Positions 34,199 to 44,585 of a stretch of 64,000 nucleotides of DNA are shown one piece after another. The stretch spans positions 1,152,001 through 1,216,000 of the forward strand of contig CAVWWD010000008.1 of the NCBI GenBank assembly GCA_963758635.1, written 5' to 3'. The notes beneath the pieces were generated by a model. It was given only the letters and a program-made list of their open reading frames with translations. It did not search any database and was not told where the DNA came from. This stretch comes from an uncultured Candidatus Rokubacteria bacterium (GTDB lineage Bacteria > Methylomirabilota > Methylomirabilia > Rokubacteriales > CSP1-6). How positions within the stretch are numbered: the first letter of the stretch is position 1; every line of letters starts with the position of its first letter. A program made the translations under genes and the position numbers.

Positions 34199-34971
34199 CT
34201 ACCGGTCCTGGCTCGCCGAGGTGTCCACCGAGGGCATCGGGCCCGCGGGCGGACGGATGAGGTCGGGCCGCAGCAGGCGCGGCCCGGGCGGCACGGCGGC
34301 GCCGGGCGTGGCCGGCGGCACGGGCGGCGCGGGCGTGGGCGGCTGGACGCCCTGGATCGAAGCGGCCGCCGCGGGCGGCAGCGGAGCCGCGCGGCGTGCC
34401 CGGCCGGACCGCGGCGGCTCCCACGGGCGGCGTGGGAGCCCCCGGGACACCCGGCGCGCCCGGCGTTCCGGCGACGGGCGCGGGCTGCGGCTTCGACGGG
34501 TCGCGCAGCATCACTTCCATCGGCCCCTCGGGCCGCGCGATCACCACGCGATCCGCGCGGACCACCTCGAGCCGGCCGCCGCCGACGGCATCGCCCACCG
34601 CGTAGCCGAACGTGCTCTTGGCCGTCACGTCCTCGATGAAGGCACGGCTCTTGGTCTCGTCCACGATGACGCCGTGCAGGTAGAGCTTGGGCGGCGGCGT
34701 GGCGGCCACCGCGGCCGGCGCCGTGCTCTCGGTGCGCGTGGCGCTGAAGAGGTTCTTCGCCGCGATCACGTTGTAGAGCGGGCGCTGCTCGGGGCGAGGC
34801 GCGCTCGACAGGCGCGTCAGCGGCGCCGGCCGCCGCCGGCTGGGCCCCCGGCTTCGGCGCGGCGGCCTGGGGCACCGACCGCGGGGTCGTCAGCTCGCGG
34901 GCGATCCAGTACCCCGAGACGGCGATCACCGCGAGGAGGACGAGGTTCAGGGCCAGGAGACGGCGCGACAT
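34199..34971 (-). CDS. GspC-like protein (frameshifted)
   Basis: N-terminal TM, IAAKNLF and LYLHGVIV..RAFIED; position in the operon. Confidence 0.65.
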
Positions 34972-34979
34972 CGGATCGA

Positions 34980-35606
34980 TTATCCCTTGCTCCCCGCTGC
35001 CTTGCCTAACTCTGAAGCGGGCTTCTCCGCCGGCGCCTTGCCCGCCGGCGCGGGCGGCGCCACCAGGTAGCCGGCAACGGTGATCGTGGTCAGGAGATCG
35101 CGGGGTTGGCCCGCGGAGATCACGCGCAGCTTGAGGTCCTGGAAGGTCAGGAGCTTGTCGGTCCGCTCGAGGCGGTAGATGAGGTCGACCGACTCCCGGA
35201 TTCCACCGGCCACGGTGATCTCGATCGGGACCTCCAGGAGGCCGCCCTTGTCCGCCGTGGTGAGCACGCGCTCGCTGCGGACCTCGACGTTCGCCTCGGC
35301 CGCCACGTCCTTGACCAGCTTCTGGAGCTCGGAGGCGGCCAGGGGGGCGGTGGGCCCCTGGAGCAGGCGGGCCGACTCCGCGTCCACCCGCCTGGTCACC
35401 TCGACCAGCTCGGCCTGGAGCGCGGCCTTCCTGCCGATCATCGCCTGGCGGCGCTCGAGCCCCGCCTGCCGCGCGGGCAAGAGCTCGGCGGCCTGACGGT
35501 TGGCGTCCTGGATGGGCTCGACCACGTAGAGGTAGCCCGCCACCACGATCGCCCCGGCCACGGCGAGGCCCACCAGCCTGCGCTCCCGCCCGGACATGCT
35601 CGCCAT
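34980..35606 (-). CDS. gspM: GspM-like protein
   Basis: SGRERRLV plus TM, coiled coil and ferredoxin-like C-domain; operon position. Confidence 0.75.
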   Translation of the reverse strand: MASMSGRERRLVGLAVAGAIVVAGYLYVVEPIQDANRQAAELLPARQAGLERRQAMIGRKAALQAELVEVTRRVDAESARLLQGPTAPLAASELQKLVKDVAAEANVEVRSERVLTTADKGGLLEVPIEITVAGGIRESVDLIYRLERTDKLLTFQDLKLRVISAGQPRDLLTTITVAGYLVAPPAPAGKAPAEKPASELGKAAGSKG

Positions 35607-35608
35607 GG

Positions 35609-37243
35609 CTAGCGCCGCTCCCGCCCGGGACGCCGCATCGCGGGGTCTTCGGCCGGCCGCGCGGGCACGGCCTCCGGCGGCACGGCGGCCGGCGGGTTGA
35701 CCACCACGGGCGCGTCGGCGCCTGGCGCGGGCTGGCCGGGCACGGCCTGCGCGGGGCCCCTCATGCGCGCGCCGCCAGGACCGGCAGCACGCTCGGCGCC
35801 GGCGGGCGCGCCCGGTCGCTCCACTCCCGTGGCGCGCTCGGCGCCTGGGCGCAGGGCATCGGGTCGCGCCTCTGGTCGCTGCAGGTCGGCGGTGCGCGGG
35901 GCGAGAGGCCCGGTGGGACCGGCCTCCCAGCCCGCGCGCAGGCGGAACTGCTCGCGGTCGCGCCCGCGCGTCACCGGCGACGTGAACTCGGCGCGCTCGA
36001 GCCAGCCGGACGCCTCGAGGAGCGGAATGAGCTGGCTCGCCGCGTTGGCCTGCCCCACCAGCTCCACCCCGCGGACATCGGCGTTGAGCTGGCTGAGCCA
36101 CGCGTCCTGCGGCAGGAGCTCCGTGAGCTCGCGCAGGAGCGGCAGGGCGCGAAGCCCGCCCCGCTCGGCCGACTGCATGGCCGAGAGCATGGCCTTCTTG
36201 CGCGCCACGTCGGCGGCCACGCGTTCCACCTCCTTCACCTGGGAGTCGAGGCCCCGCGCCGCCGTCTCCAGCGTCTCGACGTGGCGCTGGTCGCGGTAGC
36301 CCTGCACGGAGAGCGCGGCGATGCCGGAGCCGAGCGCCAGCGCCAGCATGGCCGCGGTGGCGATCTGCGCGCCCGTCCACGTGCGCGGCCGGAGACCCTC
36401 CGGCAGGAGGTCCAGCGCCACGTGCCGGCGGCCCGCGGCCACGCCGAGGGCCAGCGTGCCCGTGGCGCGTTCCTCGTCCGGCAGGGCCTGGATCGCCGCC
36501 GCCATCGCCGGATCCCATGGCGGCTCCGACAGCGCGGCGCCCAGCGTGTCCGGCATGGTCGTGATGTAGCGCGTGGCCTCGTCGCCCGACACCCACACGG
36601 CCTCGCAGTCCGGCCAGTGCAGCAGGGGAAGGCTGGTGGCGACGGCGTCCACCAGCTCCTCGCCGGTGGTCACCGGCACCTCTCGGCTCCACAGCACGTC
36701 CCCGCCGGCGAGGAACACGACCATCGTGCGCTCCCCGGCGCGATGCGCCCACGCCACGCGCCGGGCCGCGGCGCCGCGCCGGAGGAGGCGGGGCAGCTCG
36801 TGGCAGGCCACCGTGATGCTGGCCGCGCGCAGGCGCGGCTCCTCGAGGAAGCGCAGCGCGCGGTCCACCACGCGCCGCTCGGTGGCGGCCACGAGCACGC
36901 GCGCGGGACCGTCCTTGGGGCCGGGCAGGTCGCGCGCGTCGAACACCATGTCGTCCGCGGGGAACGGCACGTGCCGCTCGAGGGCGAACCGGAGCATGGC
37001 GGCGCGATCCTGTCCCGCCACCCGCGGCAGCTCGAGCGTCTTCACCGTCACCAGCGATCGCTCGATGCCCACGTGCACGCGGCCCAGACGCAGCTTGCGC
37101 GTCTGGAGCTCGGCGCGGAGCAGGCCGCCCGGGTTCTCCTCCCCGGGCAGGGTGAAGTGGGTCATGGGCCCGCGCGCCGGCAGCGCCACGAAGGTGAGCC
37201 CACGCTCGTGCAGGAAGATGCCCGCGCGCGTCCCGAGCCTCAT
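35609..37243 (-). CDS. gspL: GspL/PilMN-like protein
   Basis: LERHVPFP, DLLP plus TM, and LTELLPQDAWL (PilN-like domain). Confidence 0.8.
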   Translation of the reverse strand: MRLGTRAGIFLHERGLTFVALPARGPMTHFTLPGEENPGGLLRAELQTRKLRLGRVHVGIERSLVTVKTLELPRVAGQDRAAMLRFALERHVPFPADDMVFDARDLPGPKDGPARVLVAATERRVVDRALRFLEEPRLRAASITVACHELPRLLRRGAAARRVAWAHRAGERTMVVFLAGGDVLWSREVPVTTGEELVDAVATSLPLLHWPDCEAVWVSGDEATRYITTMPDTLGAALSEPPWDPAMAAAIQALPDEERATGTLALGVAAGRRHVALDLLPEGLRPRTWTGAQIATAAMLALALGSGIAALSVQGYRDQRHVETLETAARGLDSQVKEVERVAADVARKKAMLSAMQSAERGGLRALPLLRELTELLPQDAWLSQLNADVRGVELVGQANAASQLIPLLEASGWLERAEFTSPVTRGRDREQFRLRAGWEAGPTGPLAPRTADLQRPEARPDALRPGAERATGVERPGAPAGAERAAGPGGARMRGPAQAVPGQPAPGADAPVVVNPPAAVPPEAVPARPAEDPAMRRPGRERR

Positions 37244-38355
37244 CGCGCGCCCGTCCGCGGGCCGGTGCCGGCGCCGTTGTCGGCAGGCCGAGGCGCCTCG
37301 TCGGCCCGGCCGCCGTCCACCACTCGCCAGGACTTGATCACCAGCCTCGGCGCCACCACCGCCGCGGTCGGCGCGCCCTGCGCGCCCTGGGTGGGCGGGC
37401 GCGTCGTCGGTGGGCGGCCCGCCACCAGCCCGGCGTTCGACACGACCACCACGAGCCGCGCGCGCCGCTCGCCGTTCACGATGCCCTCGGACTCGATGCG
37501 GAAGGTCTGGCTGCCCGCGTTCAGTCCCCGGCTGGCGAAGCGCCCGGCCCGATGGGTAGGGCGCGAGCTTCCGCGTCTGCTCGACCTCGCTGATCTCGGC
37601 CTCGGACAGCCGCAGCGCCTTGAGAATGATGGGCGGCGCGGTGTTGATGTTCACGGAGTTCCGCGTGCTGTACACCGTGACGAGGTCGCGCAGGCCGGGC
37701 TTCTCGCCGGATCCCGCCCACAGCGCGGGCGTGACCCCGCGGATCTGGAGCATCTCGCCCGTGTCCTGGAGGTTGCCGTTGCGCGCGCGGTACGGCACCG
37801 GGAGCTTCAGGTAGAAGTCGCTCTCCGCGCCGTTGATCCGATGGTTGTCGTTCTGGTCGCGCCAGTCCTGCAGCGAGTCGTTGATGACGTCGCGGTTCTC
37901 CTTGCTCACGTCGAGCTCGGTCAGGAGCTGGTCGAGGCGGGCGACGGGCGAGGTGTTGACGTTGATGCGCGACTCCTCGTCCGTGATGCGGTACGTGAAG
38001 TGGCCGGGCCCGAGGCGGCACGCGGGTACGGGGCAGCGGGGGCAGCGGCAACACCGAGGCGCCCACGGCCGCCCCGGCGGCGGCTCGCGCCCACCGTGGC
38101 CGGCCGGTAGAAGACGAGCGCGCCCGTGTCGTCCAGGCCCTGCACGGCGGTGTTGCTCATGATCTCGCGCATGGCCTGCTCGACGCCGGCCTCGGCCAGG
38201 TGCTGCCCGACCAGGGCTTCCTTGTGCGTGCGCGCCATCGAGGCCTCGAGCCGCATCGAGTAGCTGAACTCCACCGCCACCACCCCGAGCACGGCAAGAA
38301 CCAGCATCACCGCGATGAGGGCGAACCCGTCCGAGCCGCGGCCACCGCGCGTCAC
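37240..38355 (-). CDS. gspK: Minor pseudopilin GspK (frameshifted)
   Basis: GFALIAV, DEESRINVN, LQDWRD..GAESDFY and VNINTAP. Confidence 0.85.
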
Positions 38356-39026
38356 TGGAGGGCCGCCGTGCGCAGCGGGATCACCAGCGGCGGATGCTCC
38401 ACCGGGGCGCCGCCCGGGCGCGTGGGACGCGTGGTCAGCGTGATCTCGACGGCCGTCGGCATCGGCCGCTCGGCCGTCGGCTCCCATTGCTCCTGCCAGT
38501 CGTCGCCGAGATAGCGGAAGCGCGCCTGGGTGACCGAGCCGTCGACCAGCACCGGCGTCAGCCCGGTCTCGAACGGATCCTCGTTCGGCATCGCCTTCTG
38601 GCGCACGGCGAGCCCCGGGTTCTGCCCGCCGGCCATGCCGAGCGTGACCGCGGTGAACGCGATCGGCGTGCTCGGCGGAAGGGGCGGGGAAACGGTCACG
38701 AAGCCCACGTGCTCGGCGTCGCCCTCGAAGTAGACCAGGAGCGGGGCGCCCGTTGGGCTCGTGGCCACGGTGGCGGGACCCGGCCCGGTCCCGCCCGTGA
38801 TGGGACGCAGCCTCAGGTACGGATACGCGCCGGCCAGCGAGCGCTCCAGCACCTGCGCCAGGCTGCGCGCGTGCTGCTGCGCCTCGGCCCGCGCCTCGCC
38901 CTGCCGCCACGAGGCGAGGCCGATGCGCAGCCCGCCGAACGCGGTGAGAAGGAGGAGGCCCACCAGGCTCAGCGCAAGGAGCAGCTCGACGAGGGTGAAG
39001 CCGGCTTCGCGCGAGCGGAGCGTCAT
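38352..39026 (-). CDS. gspJ: Minor pseudopilin GspJ-like
   Basis: GFTLVELL prepilin motif; operon position. Confidence 0.8.
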   Translation of the reverse strand: MTLRSREAGFTLVELLLALSLVGLLLLTAFGGLRIGLASWRQGEARAEAQQHARSLAQVLERSLAGAYPYLRLRPITGGTGPGPATVATSPTGAPLLVYFEGDAEHVGFVTVSPPLPPSTPIAFTAVTLGMAGGQNPGLAVRQKAMPNEDPFETGLTPVLVDGSVTQARFRYLGDDWQEQWEPTAERPMPTAVEITLTTRPTRPGGAPVEHPPLVIPLRTAALQ

Positions 39027-39421
39027 GGCGTCCGCCCCGGCAGGCCCTCGGGCGGCGCGGTGCGAAGCGTGGCCAGCTCCACAGCCTGGTTGCGTCCCCA
39101 TCGCACGAGCACGGACACGGAGAAGAGTCGAGGCGGCGCCACGCCGGGCGAGGTCAGATCCGGGTTCACCTCCACCGCGGTCACGCGGCGCTCCCAGGAG
39201 AAGTCGCCCTCGGCGCCCGTGTCCACCTGCTCCGCGTCCGGCGTGATGGCGCGCAGCAGGCGGTCTCCGAGCTGCGCGGCGTCCTGGTGCTCGCCGGCCA
39301 CGCGGATCAGCCGGAGCGACTGGGACGAGAGCTGGAGCACCGCCACCACGGCCACGCCGAGCACGGCCATGGCCACCATCACCTCGAGCAGCGTGAAGCC
39401 GTCGCGGCCGGCGCTACGCAT
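39023..39421 (-). CDS. gspI: Minor pseudopilin GspI-like
   Basis: GFTLLEVMVA. Confidence 0.8.
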   Translation of the reverse strand: MRSAGRDGFTLLEVMVAMAVLGVAVVAVLQLSSQSLRLIRVAGEHQDAAQLGDRLLRAITPDAEQVDTGAEGDFSWERRVTAVEVNPDLTSPGVAPPRLFSVSVLVRWGRNQAVELATLRTAPPEGLPGRTP

Positions 39422-39857
39422 CCCGCCGGACCTCGGCCACGCGTCCCGTGAGCGGCTCCACCGTGATCACGAACACGCGCGGGCCCGGCGCCTCGATGTG
39501 GAACGAGGCGCCGCTCGACAGGCCCTCGGGAAGGAACCGCACGGTGAGCCCGGCCGGCGAGTCCGCCTTCACGCGGAGCCGTTCGCCGAGCCGCCGGGTC
39601 ATGCTGGGTCGCTCGGCGCCGGCGGGGGAGAGCGTGAGGAGATGAGCGTCGGGATCCACGCGGACCTCGTGCGCCACCCGCTTCGTGACGGCCTGGTGGC
39701 GCGCGTAGCGGAGGAACGCCGCGAAGCTCGCGACCTCGGCCCGGGCCCGCACGCCGTCCACGGCCCGGCCCACCGATGGCGCCGTCACGCCCGCGGCCAC
39801 CGCCAGCACGAGCAACACCACCAGCATCTCGACCAGCGTGAAGCCGCGCGCTCTCAC
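39414..39857 (-). CDS. gspH: Minor pseudopilin GspH/FimT-like
   Basis: GFTLVEMLVV; ARHQAV; RFLPEG. Confidence 0.8.
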   Translation of the reverse strand: MRARGFTLVEMLVVLLVLAVAAGVTAPSVGRAVDGVRARAEVASFAAFLRYARHQAVTKRVAHEVRVDPDAHLLTLSPAGAERPSMTRRLGERLRVKADSPAGLTVRFLPEGLSSGASFHIEAPGPRVFVITVEPLTGRVAEVRRDA

Positions 39858-39873
39858 GTGAGGCGTCAGGCCC

Positions 39874-40329
39874 TCACTTCGTCTGCCAGGACGTGATGTC
39901 GGTGTTCTCGCCGTCGCCGCCCGGCGCCTTGTCCGCGCCATCGCTCCAGAGGTCGTAGTCGCCGTGGTCGCCCGGGCAGCACTTGTAGCGGTAGGGGTTG
40001 TCCCAGGGATCCTTCGGCAGGCCCTTCTTGAGGTACGGACCGTTCCAGTTCGTCGCGCCCGTGCTCGTCACCAGGCCCTCCAGCGCGCCGGGATAGCTGC
40101 CCACGTCGAGCCGGTACTGGTCCAGGGCGCCGCCCAGGAGCTCGATCTGCGCGCGCGCCGCCGTCTGCTTGGACTGGCCCACGCGGCCGAAGAGCCGCGG
40201 CCCCACCAGCCCGGCCAGGAGGCCGAGAATGATCACAACCACGAGGAGTTCGATGAGCGTGAAGCCCCGCTGGTCCAGCCGGGGAAACCGGGTACGGACA
40301 CTCCGCAGCGCTCTGGAAAGTGTTGACAT
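39874..40329 (-). CDS. gspG: Major pseudopilin
   Basis: GFTLIELLVV, ALDQYRLDVGSYP and WNGPYLKK..PKDPW. Confidence 0.95.
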   Translation of the reverse strand: MSTLSRALRSVRTRFPRLDQRGFTLIELLVVVIILGLLAGLVGPRLFGRVGQSKQTAARAQIELLGGALDQYRLDVGSYPGALEGLVTSTGATNWNGPYLKKGLPKDPWDNPYRYKCCPGDHGDYDLWSDGADKAPGGDGENTDITSWQTK

Positions 40330-40456
40330 ACGGAGAAGAAGTATCCGCCCGGAGAGGGGAGCCGTCAAAGATTTGCCTGAGAGGGCCCGCCGACTACGAG
40401 ATCTGGGGGCCGGCGACCGGCGGCCCCCACGGGCAGGAGACCAGTGACCCGGCCGA

Positions 40457-40810
40457 TCAGTACAGGAGGAAGTCCGCAGGCACGAGGCGGCGGCCGACGG
40501 GATCGACCGCCAGGCCGAGCTGCTCGAGGACCGTCAGGCCGACGAGGGAGGAGTCGTCGGGATCGCCGAATACCACCCGGCAGGGCACCGACTCCTCGTT
40601 CAACGTGATCGTGGTGTCACCGATGTAGCGTTGATGAGCGTTCGGTGCGACGCCCATCGGCGAGGGTCAAACCGATCTTCCGCAGCCTCTGGATGCTCAA
40701 GCGATCAAGAAGGGCCCCGGCAGCACGGCCAGGGTGGCTCCGGTATCCGCGAGCGCGGCCATCGACTCCGACTGTGGTCCCGTGCGGATACATGCCTCTC
40801 GCCGGCCCCA
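40457..40810 (-). pseudogene. Clan AA (retropepsin-like) aspartyl protease, frameshifted
   Basis: ALADTGATL at ~40730-40760, LTLADGR and LVGLTVLEQLGLAVDP lie in different frames. Confidence 0.7.
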
Positions 40811-41830
40811 TCAATCCCGCGGCGACCCGTCCGGTCGCGGCGAGATGGCGCCGGACCCGGCGGTGGATGCGCGCTCGTAGGCCTTCACCAGGTAGAGGGG
40901 CCGGCGCTTGGTCTCGTCGAACATGCGCGCGAGGTACTCGCCAATGATGCCGATGCTGATGAGCTGCACGCCGCCCAGGAAGAGCACCGCGGCCATGAGC
41001 GAAGGATACCCCGCCACGGGATCGCCGCCGTGGCGCAGCGTCTTCAGCACGATGTACGCGCCGTAGGCCAGCGAGATCGTGGCCGTGACCAGCCCAAGGT
41101 AGGTGGCGGCCTTGAGCGGCCCCGTCGTGAATCCCGTGAGGCCCTCGAGCGCCAGGTTCCAGAGCGACCAGTACCGCCACTTCGTCCGGCCGGCGTGACG
41201 CGGATCGCGGCGATAGCGCACTTCGGCCTGGTCGTAGCCGATCCACGAGTAGAGGCCCTTCATGTACCGGTGCTGCTCCCTGAGCGTGCCGAGCGCCTCC
41301 ACGGCGCGCCGGCTGAGCAGGCGGAAGTCGCCAGTATCCTCGGGAATGCGCACGCGGCTCACGCGCTGGAGCACGCGATAGAAGAGCCAGGACGTGGTGC
41401 GTTTGAGCGGCCCCTCGCCCTGCCGCGAGGTGCGCCGCGCGTAGACCACGTCGTGGCCCTCGCGCCACCTCGCGATCATCTCGGGGATCAGCTCGGGCGG
41501 GTCCTGAAGGTCGGCGTCGATCACCACCACGGCGTCGCCCGCCGCGTGATCGAGCCCCGCGGTGAGCGCCACCTCCTTGCCGAAGTTCCGGCTGAGCGCC
41601 ACGATCCCCACGCGCCCGTCGCGCCCGCGGAGCTTGCGGAGGATCTCCGCGGTGCCGTCGCGGCTGCCGTCGTCCACGTAGACGATCTCGGCGGCGAGGC
41701 CGAGGCCGTCCAGCACGGTGGTCAGGCGGTCGTGGAAGGCGCCGAGCACATCCTCCTCGTCGTAGACGGGGACCACGACGGACAGCGCGGGCCCGCCGGT
41801 GGATGGCGGAACTCGCCGATCGTCCGTCAC
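40811..41830 (-). CDS. GT2 polyprenol-phosphate glycosyltransferase (GtrB/ArnC-like)
   Basis: VDDGSRDGT, SRNFGKE and DADLQDPP; two C-terminal TMs. Confidence 0.93.
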   Translation of the reverse strand: MTDDRRVPPSTGGPALSVVVPVYDEEDVLGAFHDRLTTVLDGLGLAAEIVYVDDGSRDGTAEILRKLRGRDGRVGIVALSRNFGKEVALTAGLDHAAGDAVVVIDADLQDPPELIPEMIARWREGHDVVYARRTSRQGEGPLKRTTSWLFYRVLQRVSRVRIPEDTGDFRLLSRRAVEALGTLREQHRYMKGLYSWIGYDQAEVRYRRDPRHAGRTKWRYWSLWNLALEGLTGFTTGPLKAATYLGLVTATISLAYGAYIVLKTLRHGGDPVAGYPSLMAAVLFLGGVQLISIGIIGEYLARMFDETKRRPLYLVKAYERASTAGSGAISPRPDGSPRD

Positions 41831-41837
41831 GTGACGG

Positions 41838-42025
41838 TCACCCCGGGTTTCGGAGCGGCTTCGAGGGCCGCGAGCGCCAGAGGCCGTCGACCTCGAGCGT
41901 GGCCTTGTCCTGGACCGCCGAAGCGATGTCCGCGCTCACGCTGGGCGACCGACCAGCGCGCACGGCCCGTCGCGCCGCTGATCGAGGCCCGGGGGAAGGC
42001 GCACGGCGATCTTGATGGTCATCAT
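41838..42025 (-). pseudogene. Degenerate ribbon-helix-helix antitoxin-like gene
   Basis: MMTIKIAVRLP, a frameshift, then ARRAVRAGRSPSVSADIASAVQDK; TGGTATTGT 7 nt before the ATG. Confidence 0.5.
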
Positions 42026-42146
42026 ACCGGCGACAATACCACCGCTCCGACGCCACCGGTGAGCCAGCGCCGCTCCCAGACCGAGGAAGTCGCAGCCGTA
42101 GCCGCCGCCTATCGGTCCGGGCAGTCAGCGAGGCGCAGTGCGACGT

Positions 42147-42548
42147 TCAGTGCCGACCGACGGGGCACAAACGCAGCGGCGAATGCCGGGCGATGGCAGT
42201 GAAGTCGCGGTCGCCAGTGAGCAGCTCGGCACCGGCGACGATGCACGTCTCCGCGATGACGCAGTCCACAGCCCCGCGGACCGTCACCCCGCGGCGTCGA
42301 AGCCGCCGGAACAGACCAGCGGCCGCGACGTGGCCATCAACGTCGAGCTCGAGCACCGGCAGGCGCATGAGCACAGCACGGGCCCGGTCGAAGTCGGAAT
42401 CGGCGCGGAAGCCTTGGAGCACCTCGGTCAGGATCATCGGCGTCAGCCCTGCCTCCTCGTCCGCGAGGGCCTGGTCCAGGCGGCGGACCTCTACGGTTTC
42501 GCGGCCGTTGAACCAGTCCGCCCAGACGGTCGTATCGACGACGATCAT
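42147..42548 (-). CDS. vapC: VapC PIN-domain toxin
   Basis: IVVDTTVW, ILTEVLQG, VDCVIA and LTGDRDF. Confidence 0.92.
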   Translation of the reverse strand: MIVVDTTVWADWFNGRETVEVRRLDQALADEEAGLTPMILTEVLQGFRADSDFDRARAVLMRLPVLELDVDGHVAAAGLFRRLRRRGVTVRGAVDCVIAETCIVAGAELLTGDRDFTAIARHSPLRLCPVGRH

Positions 42549-42749
42549 GCCCGTCCTCGGCGCCCGCCGCGGACGTCACCTTCCCAGGGCAGCCGGCCCT
42601 TCGAGACGTCGCAACGCACGATACGCGCGCCGACGCGACACGAGCTCCCGCAGCGCGAAGTCCACCGCCTCGCGCTTCGTCCGGGTCCCGCTCACGCGCA
42701 TCGCCTCCTTGAGGAGAAGATCGTCGAGAACGATGTTCGTGCGGCCCAT
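42545..42749 (-). CDS. vapB: VapB-type antitoxin (frameshift near the 3' end)
   Basis: RTNIVLDD..KREAVDFALREL; WEGD in an alternative frame; overlaps the vapC start. Confidence 0.85.
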
Positions 42750-42764
42750 CCTGTCGCCTCCTGG

Positions 42765-42797
42765 ATACACCTGATCCGATCTTGGATGTGTATGCTA
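42765..42797 (-). promoter_or_regulatory. Putative vapBC operator and -10 element
   Basis: Inverted repeat ATACAC-N17-GTGTAT with inner ATCC/GGAT, overlapping TAGCAT on the minus strand. Confidence 0.5.
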
Positions 42798-42824
42798 GCA
42801 CGCCGAGCAGGCTCCGCGGCCGGC

Positions 42825-42960
42825 GCTCGGATCGAGAGCACGATTGGCCTGGAGGATGGCGGCCTGCGCGTCGAAGGGGAACCAGCGGAGGCCAGCCGCC
42901 CCCAGCGCTCGCTGGAGGTCGACGAGGAGGTCAGCGACCGGCTGAGCGGACGACGGCACT
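42825..42960 (-). pseudogene. N-terminal remnant of a nucleotidyltransferase-like gene
   Basis: VPSSAQPVADLLVDLQRALGAAGLRWFPFDAQAAILQ resembles the N-terminus of the 45115-45732 protein. Confidence 0.45.
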
Positions 42961-43149
42961 CGCCGCCCGGTCGAGAGCGCACTTGTGTCAACTGTCGACT
43001 CCTGGATACACCGCGGCCGCGGGTGAACTTCCCGCTGTCCAGGGGCCGATCATCGATGATGGCTCGGACCCTGGGGCCGCAGCCGCGAATAACCGCTCTC
43101 GGGGGACGTCGACACTTGACATGCCTTTCGCCGCCGCCAGATTGTCGCC

Positions 43150-43506
43150 ATGGATCAGGAGCTGAGCGAGCGCTTCGAGCGGTTCGAGCTGGCGATCGGC
43201 CAGACCATCCAGCGCGAGATCCGGGCGTCGGAGGCGCGCCTGCGCCAGCACACCGACGAGGTCGCGGCGGGACTGCGTCAGGACATCGACCGGGTCGCGC
43301 AGGAGACGCGGCGCACTGGGGTCATCGTGGAGGGGTTGCGCTCCGACTTCCGCGTCGCCACCGAGGGCTTCACGGCGGTCAACCGGCGGCTCGATGTCGT
43401 GGAAGCGCAGGCGTCGCGGACGGAGCAGCGGGTCGACGTGCTCGAGAGCCGCGTTGGGGCTGTCGAGGCCCCGAGGAGCCGCCGCCGGCGGCCGCGGTCG
43501 AGCTAG
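43150..43506 (+). CDS. Coiled-coil hypothetical protein, paralog of 13440-13938
   Basis: QETRRTGVIVEGLRSDFRVATEG versus AETRRHFDVVMERMQAGMALLAEG. Confidence 0.7.
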   Translation: MDQELSERFERFELAIGQTIQREIRASEARLRQHTDEVAAGLRQDIDRVAQETRRTGVIVEGLRSDFRVATEGFTAVNRRLDVVEAQASRTEQRVDVLESRVGAVEAPRSRRRRPRSS

Positions 43507-44585
43507 TTTCTGCCCCCGGCCGCGCGGGCCAGCTCGGCCTCGATGATCCGCTGGAAGGTGGCGAGGGGCTGCGAGCCCACGAGCCGGCGCCCGTTCACGA
43601 AGAACGTGGGCGTGCCGTCCACGCCCAGGCTCGCGCCCTCCTGTATGTCGGCGGCCACCGCCGGCTCGTGGCGGCGGCTGTCGAGACACTGGGCGAAGGC
43701 CCCGGCCTCCAGGCCAAGCTCCACCGCGTACTGCTCCAGGTCGGCCCGGGCCTGGCGCGGCGAGCGCTCGAACAGCACGTCGTGGTACTCCCAGAACTTC
43801 CCCTGCGCGCCCGCGCAGCGTGCCGCCTCGTGCGCGCGCGACGCGTCGGGGTGGAGCGTCTCGATCGGGAAGTCGCGGAAGATCCATTTCACCTTGCCGG
43901 GGTAGCGGTCCAGCACCTGCTTCACCGTGGCCGCCGCCGCCTTGCAGAACGGGCACTGGAAGTCCGAGAACTCCACGATGGTGACCGGCGCGCCGGCGGC
44001 TCCGCGCGCGAATCCCTTGTCGGCGCTCACGGGCTGTCGCAGGGCGGGGGACACGGGCAGGAGCACCGCCACCTGGCTCTGCGCGCCCAGCGTCTGGACG
44101 AAGGCGCGCCGCTGCTCGGCCACCTTCTGGCCGCGGAGATAGTCGCCCACGCGCGCCTTCAGCTCCGCCTCGTCGCCCCTCGGCAGCCGCGCGCGGTTCT
44201 GGGTCATGAACTGCGTCACGTCGGCGTCGCTCACCGCGGGCGCCTTCGCGTGGACCTCGGCCTTCAGGAGCTCATCGACGGACGTGCCGCGTCGCTTCGC
44301 CTCCTGCGCGAGCAGGCGCTCGCCGATCAGCTCCTGGAGCTTCTCCTCGAGGAGCGCCTGGCGCTGCTCCTCGAGGCGCGTGAGCTGCGGGCGGAGGTGG
44401 TTCTCCAGCTCTTCCAGCGTGATCACGTCGTCGCCGACGCGCGCGGCTGGCGCGGACGGCTTGGGCGGCGTTCCCTGGGCGCGCGCGGGTGCCGCGTCGG
44501 CCACGAGCATCAGCACCATCGCTGCGCCCGCCAGGCCCACTCGTATCGCGTTCGCGCGGGATCGTGCTCGACGGAAGCGTTTCAC
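43503..44585 (-). CDS. DsbA-family thioredoxin-fold protein with SurA-like N-terminal region
   Basis: Signal peptide; EFSDFQCPFC and GVDGTPTFFVNG. Confidence 0.9.
   Translation of the reverse strand: MKRFRRARSRANAIRVGLAGAAMVLMLVADAAPARAQGTPPKPSAPAARVGDDVITLEELENHLRPQLTRLEEQRQALLEEKLQELIGERLLAQEAKRRGTSVDELLKAEVHAKAPAVSDADVTQFMTQNRARLPRGDEAELKARVGDYLRGQKVAEQRRAFVQTLGAQSQVAVLLPVSPALRQPVSADKGFARGAAGAPVTIVEFSDFQCPFCKAAAATVKQVLDRYPGKVKWIFRDFPIETLHPDASRAHEAARCAGAQGKFWEYHDVLFERSPRQARADLEQYAVELGLEAGAFAQCLDSRRHEPAVAADIQEGASLGVDGTPTFFVNGRRLVGSQPLATFQRIIEAELARAAGGRN

Noticed and set aside
35609..37909. GspK-GspL fusion ORF
   Set aside because: A frameshift near 37550 explains it; GspK has its own stop at 37240 overlapping the GspL ATG
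27810..44585. Further selenoproteins among MsrA and DsbA
   Set aside because: Both have ordinary Cys codons (GCFWG, CPFC)
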